Positions 37,962-46,527 of a stretch of 50,319 nucleotides of DNA are shown here, in pieces. The notes under the pieces were generated by a model. It searched no databases, was not told the origin of the DNA, and was given only the letters and a program-made list of their open reading frames with translations. The position numbers and the translations under genes were made by a program. The first letter of the stretch is position 1. Each line of letters starts with the position of its first letter. Source of the DNA: Candidatus Krumholzibacteriia bacterium (GTDB lineage Bacteria > Krumholzibacteriota > Krumholzibacteriia > WVZY01); assembly GCA_036478295.1 (NCBI GenBank), contig JAZGDW010000297.1, positions 1-50,319 on the forward strand, read 5' to 3'.

Positions 37962-38807
37962 GTGATGTTTCAGTGGCTGGCAAGATTGTGCGGCGGCAAG
38001 CTGGCACGGTTTCTCAATCAACCGGTGCGCCGTTACGAGCGTTTCGCCGTAAAGGACGAGCGCGTGCTCGCGGCGACGCTGCAAGCAGGGGACATCCTGC
38101 TGGTGGAGGGTGATCGCCGGGTCAGCACGGCGATCAAGTATTTCACGCAGTCCACCTGGTCGCATGCCGCCTTCTACGTCGGAGACGCACTGCACAGGGG
38201 GGATGGCGGCGAAAACACTTTGATCGAGGTCGACCTGGAACGCGGCGTCATCGGCGTGCCGCTGGTCAAGTACGCCGACTTCAACACGCGTATCTGCCGG
38301 CCGGCCGGATTGTCGCCTGAGGACCGGCAGCGCGTCGTCGATTTCGTCGTGTCGCACATCGGGCACAAGTACGACATGAGAAACGTTATCGATCTCCTGC
38401 GCTACCTGTTCCCGCGACCACCGGTGCCCCTGTATTACCGGCGGCGGATGCTCGCCTTCGGCAGCGGCGACCCGACGCGTGCCATCTGCTCCACGCTTAT
38501 CGCGCAGGCTTTTCAACGGGTGAAATATCCTATACTGCCGCGCCGCGGTTACCAGTGCGTCGGAGATCCGAGCGAAGTGACCGATGACGAGATTCTCCGC
38601 GCACGCCACTACAGCCACTTCACACCCCGCGATTTCGACGTGTCACCGTATTTCGCCGTGATCAAGCCCACGATCGAGCAGGGGTTCGATTACAAGCAGT
38701 TGAAATGGGAAGTGCGCCCCGGCGAAACGTCCGACGACAAATCTGACGACGCATCCGGCGAGTCGCCTGACGAGACATCTGGAAAAATGCCCGACGACAC
38801 CCCCTGA
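37962..38807 (+). CDS. Permuted papain-like (YiiX/YebB, NlpC/P60) cysteine hydrolase
   Basis: LQAGDILL, WSHAAFY (His) preceding ICSTLIA (Cys); acidic low-complexity tail. Confidence 0.85.
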   Translation: MMFQWLARLCGGKLARFLNQPVRRYERFAVKDERVLAATLQAGDILLVEGDRRVSTAIKYFTQSTWSHAAFYVGDALHRGDGGENTLIEVDLERGVIGVPLVKYADFNTRICRPAGLSPEDRQRVVDFVVSHIGHKYDMRNVIDLLRYLFPRPPVPLYYRRRMLAFGSGDPTRAICSTLIAQAFQRVKYPILPRRGYQCVGDPSEVTDDEILRARHYSHFTPRDFDVSPYFAVIKPTIEQGFDYKQLKWEVRPGETSDDKSDDASGESPDETSGKMPDDTP

Positions 38808-38819
38808 TACGACACGCTG

Positions 38820-39707
38820 TTACCCGGTCATCGCTTCGAAACCCGGGCGGAACACGTTCTTGGCGAACGTCTCCAGCGTCATCGTCGCCACCACCGGGTT
38901 CGGCCCTTCGGGTACCACCTTGCCGGCTGCGAAGGCGGCGTGCATTTCGTTCATGAGGTTCGCCACGCCGGTGCTTATCCCCATGGCCTTGATCGCTTCG
39001 CGCGACTGATCCTCTGTGACCTGTACGTGCTTGACGTCCTTGCCGATGGCGCCACCGATGGTCCTCGCCGCGTCTTCGAACGTCACCTCCTCGGGCCCGA
39101 CCAACTCGATAACGGAGCGGCCCGTCCACGATGTGTCGAGCAACCGGTCTGCGGCGTGTCGCGCGATGTCCGCGGTCGCGATCATGGCCAGCCGCGTGCT
39201 GCCCGGCAACGGCAGGAATACGGTCCCCTCGGAGGCGATGGGCCCAACGTACATGAAATAATTTTCCATGAAAAACCCCGGGCGCAGATGGGTGATGTGG
39301 GCGCCGGTCTTCTCGAGAATTTTTTCGACGTCGTGGAGACCGGCAATGGGTCCGGTGCCGCTGTCGTGTTGCGCGCCGATACTGGACAGGTCCACCACGC
39401 GGGCGATCTTGTTTGCCGTGATCGCGGCGGCGGCATTCCTGCCCATCATGTTCTGTTGGGCACGCAGATCATCCACCGTGTAATCACCGGCCGTCAGCCA
39501 GAACAACACGTCGGCGCCACGGGTTGCTTCGACCACAAACGACTCGTCACTGAGATTGCCCTCGTGCACGGCCGCGCCGCGCTCGGCAAAAGGTTTGACC
39601 TTGTCCGGACTGCGCGTGAGCAGGATCAGCTCCGCTCCGGCATCGAGCAGGTGCTTGGTAAGCGGCTTGCCGATGTTTCCGTTCGGTGTGTTGACGGCGA
39701 TTTTCAT
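38820..39707 (-). CDS. NmrA-like NAD(P)H-binding protein
   Basis: Rossmann N-terminus TPNGNIG, LSSIGA, LRPGFFMEN, IATADIA, GPE; GGAG RBS before ATG 39707. Confidence 0.88.
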   Translation of the reverse strand: MKIAVNTPNGNIGKPLTKHLLDAGAELILLTRSPDKVKPFAERGAAVHEGNLSDESFVVEATRGADVLFWLTAGDYTVDDLRAQQNMMGRNAAAAITANKIARVVDLSSIGAQHDSGTGPIAGLHDVEKILEKTGAHITHLRPGFFMENYFMYVGPIASEGTVFLPLPGSTRLAMIATADIARHAADRLLDTSWTGRSVIELVGPEEVTFEDAARTIGGAIGKDVKHVQVTEDQSREAIKAMGISTGVANLMNEMHAAFAAGKVVPEGPNPVVATMTLETFAKNVFRPGFEAMTG

Positions 39708-39906
39708 GATTCCCTCTCCTTGGTTCTTGTTTTGTGGGCGCTGTCTTGATTCCAATCGAAACGGAGTATAACACACACCACTCCACGACCTCCCGCGCCC
39801 GGAAAACCGCTATTGATTCCCGGGGCTCCACGTAACATAATTAACAGGTCAGTACCCCACCGACCGTTCAATCCGCGGAAACGCCAGCAACCGAGGGGCC
39901 CCACGC

Positions 39907-41664
39907 ATGCGCAAGATCGTTCTTCTCCTTACCATTTTTGGCATCGTAACGATAGCCACGACAAATACTTATTCGCAGACCCGTGCGAAATGGACGCGGG
40001 CGCTCCAAAAGGCAGCGCGGACTGAAATCGAGCCGCTGGCCGCCTGGGTCTTCTTTGCCGACAAGAGCACGAATCCGGCCGCCCGCCTGGCCGAGGCCGA
40101 GGCCAATCTCACGCCCCGGGCGCGCAACCGCCGTCTGCGCAACCGCGGGGCGGGCAATCTCGTGGACCACTACGACATCCCCGTCAGCCCGCGTTACGTG
40201 CAACGCGTCGCCGCCGGCGTCCGTCGCATCCGCAACACTTCGCGCTGGTTGAACGCGGTGGCGGTCGATGCCACGCCGGCCGAACTCGAGAGACTCGCGG
40301 CGTTTCGTTTCGTCACCAAAATTGATCTTGTCCGCCGCGACCGGGTGCCGGAGCCGGTACGCGAAGACGCCCTGGCGCCCCCGATGCGAGCACCGTCGCC
40401 CTCGCACGCGGCCAACTACGGGCCTTCTTTTACGCAGAACGATCAGATAAACGTGCCGATGATGCACGATCTCGGCTTCAGCGGCAATGGTGTCATGATT
40501 TGCATGCTCGACGCGGGGTTCAACAACCTCGACCACGTCGCGCTCGATCACCTCGACATTCTCGTGACGCGTGACTTCGTCAACGGCGACAGTATCGTCT
40601 CCGACCAGGCGGGACAGATGGGCAGTGGGAACCACGGCACGTGGACGCTCGGCGCGATCGGTGGTTTCGAACCCGGCCAGCTCATCGGACCGGCGTGGGG
40701 TGCGACCTACATCCTCGCCAAGACCGAGAATACAGTTTGGGAAAAGCATATCGAAGAAGACGCCTGGATAGCGGGCGCCGAATGGGGCGACAGCATTGGC
40801 GCCGACATCATCAGCAGTTCTCTGGGGTACCTCAACGGGTTCACCTCTCCGGACCCGAATTACAACTGGGCGGATATGGACGGTAATACAACCATCGTAA
40901 CCATCGGCGCCGACATCGCGGCCGGGCGCGGCATGCTGGTCGTCAATTCCGCGGGCAACAATTCGCTCGCGCCGCCCGGCACCAACTCGCTGATCGGTTC
41001 CGCGGACGGTGACAGCGTGCTGGCAGTGGGCGCGGTGGACAACTTGGGAGTCCGTACGAGTTTCAGCTCCGTCGGCAACACCGTCGACGGCCGTATCAAA
41101 CCCGACGTTATGGCGATGGGCCAGGGGGTACGCACGGCGAGTGCGACCGATCCGACGGGGTACAGCAGCCTGAGCGGTACCTCACTCTCCTGCCCGCTGG
41201 TCGCGGGAGTGGCGGCGCTGATGCTCGAAGCCAATCCGGCGCTGACCAATATGGAGATCATCGACGCGCTTCGTAACACCGCCGATAACGCCGGCTCGCC
41301 CGACAGCCTGGTTGGCTGGGGAATCATCGACGCACACGCAGCCACGTTCAGCACCCTCACCGGCATCAAGGACGGTACGCCGCCGCCGGAGCTCGTACTC
41401 TACCCGGCATTCCCCAACCCTTTCAACCCGACGACGACGCTGCGCTACGAGCTGCCCCACACCGCCCACGTCGTGCTGAGCATTTACAATGTATTCGGTC
41501 AGCAAATCACGACGCTGGTCAACGAAACCCAGTCGTCAGGCTTGAAGTCGATCATCTGGAACGGCACCAACCGGAGAGGTCACAAGGTCAGCTCGGGTCT
41601 CTACATTTATCGCCTGCAGGCGGGTGAGCTACGCGAGAGCCGCAAGATGATGCTGCTCAAATGA
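39907..41664 (+). CDS. Secreted S8 (subtilisin-like) serine peptidase with a C-terminal FlgD-Ig/sorting domain
   Basis: Catalytic triad LDAGF / NHGT / GTSLSCP, NSAGN oxyanion motif, KPDV.A.G; tail PNPFNPTT...IYN..GQ...WNG....SSGLY.YRL. Confidence 0.93.
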   Translation: MRKIVLLLTIFGIVTIATTNTYSQTRAKWTRALQKAARTEIEPLAAWVFFADKSTNPAARLAEAEANLTPRARNRRLRNRGAGNLVDHYDIPVSPRYVQRVAAGVRRIRNTSRWLNAVAVDATPAELERLAAFRFVTKIDLVRRDRVPEPVREDALAPPMRAPSPSHAANYGPSFTQNDQINVPMMHDLGFSGNGVMICMLDAGFNNLDHVALDHLDILVTRDFVNGDSIVSDQAGQMGSGNHGTWTLGAIGGFEPGQLIGPAWGATYILAKTENTVWEKHIEEDAWIAGAEWGDSIGADIISSSLGYLNGFTSPDPNYNWADMDGNTTIVTIGADIAAGRGMLVVNSAGNNSLAPPGTNSLIGSADGDSVLAVGAVDNLGVRTSFSSVGNTVDGRIKPDVMAMGQGVRTASATDPTGYSSLSGTSLSCPLVAGVAALMLEANPALTNMEIIDALRNTADNAGSPDSLVGWGIIDAHAATFSTLTGIKDGTPPPELVLYPAFPNPFNPTTTLRYELPHTAHVVLSIYNVFGQQITTLVNETQSSGLKSIIWNGTNRRGHKVSSGLYIYRLQAGELRESRKMMLLK

Positions 41665-41675
41665 CCTGCGCGCAA

Positions 41676-41731
41676 GTTCCGGCCGCCTCTATGTTCCAGC
41701 CACGTATGTTCCAGCCGTGCTTGTTCCAGGC
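41676..41731. repeat. Short direct repeat GTTCC(A/G)G(C/G)C, four copies at 15-17-bp spacing
   Basis: Copies start at 41676, 41693, 41708 and 41723, between the S8 and S46 genes. Confidence 0.6.
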
Positions 41732-41830
41732 GCCACCCCGGTGCCGGCGCGATTCGGGCTGGCAATTCCGCCTCCGTTCACCTAGAATAAAGCGCCCATT
41801 CCCCCGTTTTCCAGCCAAAGGAGATCCTCC

Positions 41831-44143
41831 ATGCGTTTCCCAGTCATTGGCAGATGCCTGCATGCACTCACTCGACTCACCCGCCACCACGGAGGCTCGG
41901 GCGGCGGTCCGGAGCGACGCGGTATGTGGGCCGTATGTTCCCGTCTGCCCCTGACCGTTGTGCTTGCCGTGGTGCTGCCGACAGCCGCGGGCCCGGGGCC
42001 TTTTGTCGCACAAACAGCGCGGGCCAGCGAGGGTATGTGGCTCCTGCACGCGCTCGACACGGCACCGTACAACGAGTGGCGTTCGCGCGGCCTCGAGCTC
42101 GACCGGTACCAGTTATACGACCCGAAGCGTACCGACGTCTCCGACGCCGTGATCAAGCTGGGCGGCGGGACGGCGAGTTTCGTATCGCCGGAAGGCCTCA
42201 TCGTCACCAACCACCATGTCGCCGCCGGCGCCCTGCAGCGCGCGAGCTCGGTGGAGCACAACTATCTCGAGGACGGCTTCTACGCGAGCACGCGATCGGA
42301 GGAGATCCCCGCGCAGGGTTACGACGCGTACATCCTGCAAAGCGTCGAGAACGTGACCAAGGACGTCATGCGCAAAGTCAAGAAGGACATGAGCAACCTG
42401 GAACGGCACAAGGCGATCGAAAACGCTGAGAAAAGAATTATCGCCAGGGCGGAGAAGGGCAAAGACGTCGAGGTTGACGTGAGAAGCATCTACGGCGGCT
42501 CCGAGTATTATCTCTACACGTATTTCAAGATCAAGGACGTCCGTGTCGTGTACGCCCCGCCGAAATCGATCGGCGTCTATGGCGGTGATATCGACAACTG
42601 GATGTGGCCGCGCCACACGGGTGATTTTGCTTTTTTGCGCGCTTACGTCGGACCCGACGGCAAGAGCGCCGACCACTCCGAGGACAACGTACCGTACCGT
42701 CCGCGGAATCACCTGGCGTTTTCCACCTCGCCGCTCAAAGCGGGCGACTTCACGATGGTAATCGGCTACCCGGGCAGAACGAGTCGCCACCGTTCCTCGT
42801 ATTCGATCGACTACGTGGTCAACCGTTACTATCCCAGCGCCATCCAGCGTTACGAGAATCTGCTCGCCATTCTCGAAGACGAATCGGCGAAGGACCCACA
42901 GGCCAAGATAAAGCTCGCATCCAGTGTCAGCGGGCTCAACAACGGCTACAAGAACAACCAGGGCATGCTCGAAGGTTTGGAGAAATACAACCTTCTGGAG
43001 ATGAAGCGCGAAGAGGAAAAAACACTGCGCGCGTTTCTCGAGTCGCATCCCGACGCGGCCGCCAGGTACGGTGGCGTCCTGGATGGTCTCCGCGAGCAGT
43101 ATGACGAGTACATCAAAATCTCGCAGCAGAACAGCACGCTCCGCTGGATGCTCTATATGAACAACGCGATGCGCTCGGCCTACAGGGTTTACAAATGGAA
43201 CATCGAGCAGGAGAAGAGCGACACCGAACGCGATCCGGACTACATGCCCCGTGACGAACCCCGTTTGCGGCGCGGTCTCAAGCTGGCGGACAAGAGGTAC
43301 CACGAGGGGGCCGACAAGCGGATCCTGAAGTACTTTCTCACCCGGGCGGCGACCTTCGAGGCGGGCGAGCGCTTCGCCATCGTGGACAAGATCGTCGGGG
43401 CAAAGGAAGGCGAGGCGATGGAGCGGGCCATCGACGAGTACGTCGAAAAGCTTTATGCCGGCACTCGGGTCACCGACCAGAAAACCCGTCTCGAGATGTT
43501 CGACGCCGGCAGCAAGAAGCTGAGGGCCAGGAACGACCCGTTCATCGAATTGGCCGCGGCGCTCGAAGTGGAGAAGGTAAAGTTCGAGGAGATGACCGAC
43601 AGCTTTGACGGCGCCGTGCAAAGGCTCCGACCCAAGCTGATCGCCCTGCGCCAGGAGCACCGCGGCGGCACATTGTATCCAGACGCCAACCGCACCATGC
43701 GTCTTTCCACCGGCGAGGTCAAAGGCTACTCGCCGGCCGACGCCGTCACGTATGATTTCCTGACCAGCCTCGGCGGCATCATCGCCAAGCACACCGGCGA
43801 GGAACCGTTCGATGCGCCGGACCGCCTGCTCGAACTGTACCGCAATAAGGACTTCGGTGTGTACGCCGACCCGACGACCGGTGACGTACCCGTGTGCTTT
43901 CTCACCACGGACGATATCACCGGCGGCAACTCGGGCAGCGCCGTGCTGAACGGCAAGGGTGAAATCATCGGGCTGGCGTTCGACGGCAACTACGAGTCTA
44001 TCTCGTCGGACTACCTGTTCCTGCCCGGGCTTACTCGTTGCATCTCTGTGGATTCACGCTACATCCTTTTTATCCTGGAGAAATTTTCCGGGACCCACGG
44101 GCTGCTCGAGGAATTGACCGTCGAGCAGCACGCAAGAATGTAG
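41831..44143 (+). CDS. S46 family dipeptidyl peptidase (DPP7-like)
   Basis: EGMW, TNHHV, DNWMWPRHTGDF, YPDAN.T.R, ITGGNSGS, AFDGN.E; AAGGAG RBS before ATG 41831. Confidence 0.93.
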   Translation: MRFPVIGRCLHALTRLTRHHGGSGGGPERRGMWAVCSRLPLTVVLAVVLPTAAGPGPFVAQTARASEGMWLLHALDTAPYNEWRSRGLELDRYQLYDPKRTDVSDAVIKLGGGTASFVSPEGLIVTNHHVAAGALQRASSVEHNYLEDGFYASTRSEEIPAQGYDAYILQSVENVTKDVMRKVKKDMSNLERHKAIENAEKRIIARAEKGKDVEVDVRSIYGGSEYYLYTYFKIKDVRVVYAPPKSIGVYGGDIDNWMWPRHTGDFAFLRAYVGPDGKSADHSEDNVPYRPRNHLAFSTSPLKAGDFTMVIGYPGRTSRHRSSYSIDYVVNRYYPSAIQRYENLLAILEDESAKDPQAKIKLASSVSGLNNGYKNNQGMLEGLEKYNLLEMKREEEKTLRAFLESHPDAAARYGGVLDGLREQYDEYIKISQQNSTLRWMLYMNNAMRSAYRVYKWNIEQEKSDTERDPDYMPRDEPRLRRGLKLADKRYHEGADKRILKYFLTRAATFEAGERFAIVDKIVGAKEGEAMERAIDEYVEKLYAGTRVTDQKTRLEMFDAGSKKLRARNDPFIELAAALEVEKVKFEEMTDSFDGAVQRLRPKLIALRQEHRGGTLYPDANRTMRLSTGEVKGYSPADAVTYDFLTSLGGIIAKHTGEEPFDAPDRLLELYRNKDFGVYADPTTGDVPVCFLTTDDITGGNSGSAVLNGKGEIIGLAFDGNYESISSDYLFLPGLTRCISVDSRYILFILEKFSGTHGLLEELTVEQHARM

Positions 44144-44176
44144 GGGTTCTGTCCGGCACGAGAGCGACACTTGTAG

Positions 44177-44204
44177 TTGACTCTCGTGCCGGATTTCCTA
44201 CCTT
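44177..44204 (+). promoter_or_regulatory. Candidate sigma70 promoter, possibly for a leaderless mRNA
   Basis: TTGACT-N16-TACCTT, 7 nt before ATG 44212; no SD sequence. Confidence 0.4.
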
Positions 44205-44211
44205 TATGAGT

Positions 44212-45117
44212 ATGATTCCCATTCTCGCACTGCTGTGGGCCGGTCTTTTGGCTTCCCCGTCTCCGCGTGTCGAATATCATCCCGCCGCGGTGCAACTTCC
44301 TCTCACTATCAAGGATAACGACTGGAAACCGCTGCGTGAATGGACCGACCCGCGTCTTCAGTACGAGCTGAGCAAGCGCTTGCTCGCAAACAAGCGCTGG
44401 AGATCGCTCATCGGACGCGGCAAGATGTCCGTCGGCCTGGTCGATCTTCGCGACCCCGCCCGGATCCGGTGGGCGCAGGCGAACGGGGACATCATGCTGT
44501 ACGCGGCGAGCCTGCCGAAGATAGTGGTCCTGCTCGCTGTCTACCGGGCGCTCGAGGACGGAACGCTGACCGAAACGGAGTCACTGAACAAGGACCTCAT
44601 TGACATGATCCGGTTTTCGAGCAACGCGGCCGCGACTCGCTTCATCGACGATCTCGGGTTCGACCGCATCGAGGCGGCGGTTCTCGACCCCCGCGTCAAG
44701 TTCTACGATCCGGAGAACGGCGGCGGTCTCTGGGTCGGCAAACGCTACGCTCAGAGCGGTGAGCGGCGCCCGGAGCCGGTGAGGGGCCTGGTCCACACGG
44801 CCACAGTGACCCAGGTGTGCCGGTTCTACTATCTGCTCGCCACCGGGCGCCTGATAGATGCGGAGCGCTCGAGCCAGATGCTCGAAGTGCTGTCGCAACC
44901 GGACACGAAACACAAGTTCGTCCTTGCACTCGGCGATATCGCCCCCGGCGTGACCGTGTACCGCAAGTCCGGTACGTGGAAATCGTGGCACTCGGATTCA
45001 GTTCTGGTGTGGGGTGAGGGACGGCACTACATACTCGTCGCCCTAGTGGATGATTCTCAGGGCGAACAGTTACTCCGAGACCTGGTCTCCATCGCCGAAA
45101 ACGCACTGAACGGTTGA
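44212..45117 (+). CDS. Exported serine hydrolase, class A beta-lactamase/PBP fold
   Basis: Signal peptide MIPILALLWAGLLA; SxxK (ASLPK), SxN (SSN), KSG; start could also be ATG 44206. Confidence 0.85.
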   Translation: MIPILALLWAGLLASPSPRVEYHPAAVQLPLTIKDNDWKPLREWTDPRLQYELSKRLLANKRWRSLIGRGKMSVGLVDLRDPARIRWAQANGDIMLYAASLPKIVVLLAVYRALEDGTLTETESLNKDLIDMIRFSSNAAATRFIDDLGFDRIEAAVLDPRVKFYDPENGGGLWVGKRYAQSGERRPEPVRGLVHTATVTQVCRFYYLLATGRLIDAERSSQMLEVLSQPDTKHKFVLALGDIAPGVTVYRKSGTWKSWHSDSVLVWGEGRHYILVALVDDSQGEQLLRDLVSIAENALNG

Positions 45118-45210
45118 GGCACTCGTTGAGTTCATCCCGGCGCGCTCCCTCGAAAGTAATCCGGCGAAAACTGGCTGAACCATCGCGATGGCGGGTCCGA
45201 GATTACACAC

Positions 45211-46524
45211 TCACCGGGCCAGGATACGGTCTATGTAGGTCGCGAGGGTCTGGTGTTCGACGGCCGAGTTTATCTTGAGCACGTTCGACATGAGCGCGAC
45301 CAGGTACAAGCGGCCGTCGGGTTTCTCCACGATCGCAACCGAGTTCATGTAGTTGTCCACGTTTCCCTGGTACTTGCCGCATTGAAATCCGGGCTCTTTC
45401 TTGCAGCGGTAGAGGCTTCCCGACTTGAAATACACCGCCGCTTCCGCCAGCGCGGGAGAGGACGCGTAGCGAATACGCTTTTCCGTCATGTACATCAGGC
45501 GTTTGAGTTCGAGACTCGACCATACGTCCACCACGCGCCCCTGTTCGATTCTCAAGAGAAAGAGCAGCAGCGCGCGCGGAGACGCATAACTCTTCACCCC
45601 TGGAACGATACGCTTTCCCGCCCGCGTAAAGAAACTTCCCTGGCGCCACTCATCCTCCCCGATACCCAGTTCCCGGAGCGGGTCGTTTACGACCGATACC
45701 GCAATTTTCTGCAGCTCGGCACGGGGTGTTTCTGTAAAAAAAGAGTCCTCAGCCGCCGGTGCCGGTGGGTAATCCCGGCCGAAGACACGCATGAGCATGA
45801 CTTCCTTCCACACCGTGCTCGCTGCGGCGTTGGCACTTGCGGAGAGCATGTGATCGAGCCACTCGTACAGCGAGAAAACATCGCCCTGTCGTATTCTGCG
45901 AAATCCCACTTCGCGGGTGTCCGGGTCGAACAGCGGCACCTTGTGATGGTCTTGGACGATCCACTTGCCGGCGGTGACCTCGCGGTTACGCAGGAGCGTT
46001 TGCCTGGAATCGACGTCGTCGGGGTAGCGTCGCGCGAGCTCGGCAAAGAGCCCGACGGCGATGGCCAGCTTGCCCACGCTGCCCGGCGAATACAGAACAT
46101 CCGGCCGCATCGAGGCAAACCGCATCGGGCGGCCCGGCGTTATTTCGAGTAGCGCCAGCGAGTAGCTGGGGTCACGGTCGGAGAACAGTCGTTCGATCTC
46201 GCGGGAGAGCGCGGCATCCGGCTCCGGAAAATCCGTATCCAGGCCACCAGCGCGGATCGGGGCATCACCGGCGGGAATACCGCCCGGCGCCGTGTTCCCA
46301 ACAGCCCCACCGGTGCGCACCGCATGAAGCCAGATGTCAGCGATCCGTTGGCGCCCACCACCGACAGGCACCGTACCGTCGAGTTCCCCGACCAGTCGGA
46401 GCCGTAGCCGCTCTAACCGGCGAATACCGGTCAGCACATAACCGTCGATGGGGTACACCCAGGACGCGTTCGGCGTCAGGAGCAAGAGAGCCGCAACAAC
46501 CGGTAATGCCCGCCAGAGTTTCAT
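45211..46524 (-). CDS. Exported serine hydrolase, divergent beta-lactamase/PBP fold
   Basis: Signal peptide; SxxK (GSVGK), SxN (SAN), KSG (FKSGS); Cys pair C-x7-C; starts 3 bp after the dikinase stop. Confidence 0.8.
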   Translation of the reverse strand: MKLWRALPVVAALLLLTPNASWVYPIDGYVLTGIRRLERLRLRLVGELDGTVPVGGGRQRIADIWLHAVRTGGAVGNTAPGGIPAGDAPIRAGGLDTDFPEPDAALSREIERLFSDRDPSYSLALLEITPGRPMRFASMRPDVLYSPGSVGKLAIAVGLFAELARRYPDDVDSRQTLLRNREVTAGKWIVQDHHKVPLFDPDTREVGFRRIRQGDVFSLYEWLDHMLSASANAAASTVWKEVMLMRVFGRDYPPAPAAEDSFFTETPRAELQKIAVSVVNDPLRELGIGEDEWRQGSFFTRAGKRIVPGVKSYASPRALLLFLLRIEQGRVVDVWSSLELKRLMYMTEKRIRYASSPALAEAAVYFKSGSLYRCKKEPGFQCGKYQGNVDNYMNSVAIVEKPDGRLYLVALMSNVLKINSAVEHQTLATYIDRILAR

Positions 46525-46527
46525 GGT

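Noticed and set aside
38720-38804. Degenerate 24-bp repeats at the end of the YiiX-like gene
   Set aside because: Encode a low-complexity acidic tail with no sign of separate function
41676-41731. Possible mini CRISPR array
   Set aside because: 9-bp repeats with 6-8-bp spacers are far too short, and there are no cas genes
32984-43792. Long antisense ORFs (32984-34486, 35510-36559, 42113-43792 and similar elsewhere)
   Set aside because: Shadow frames opposite well-supported genes, as expected from high-GC codon bias
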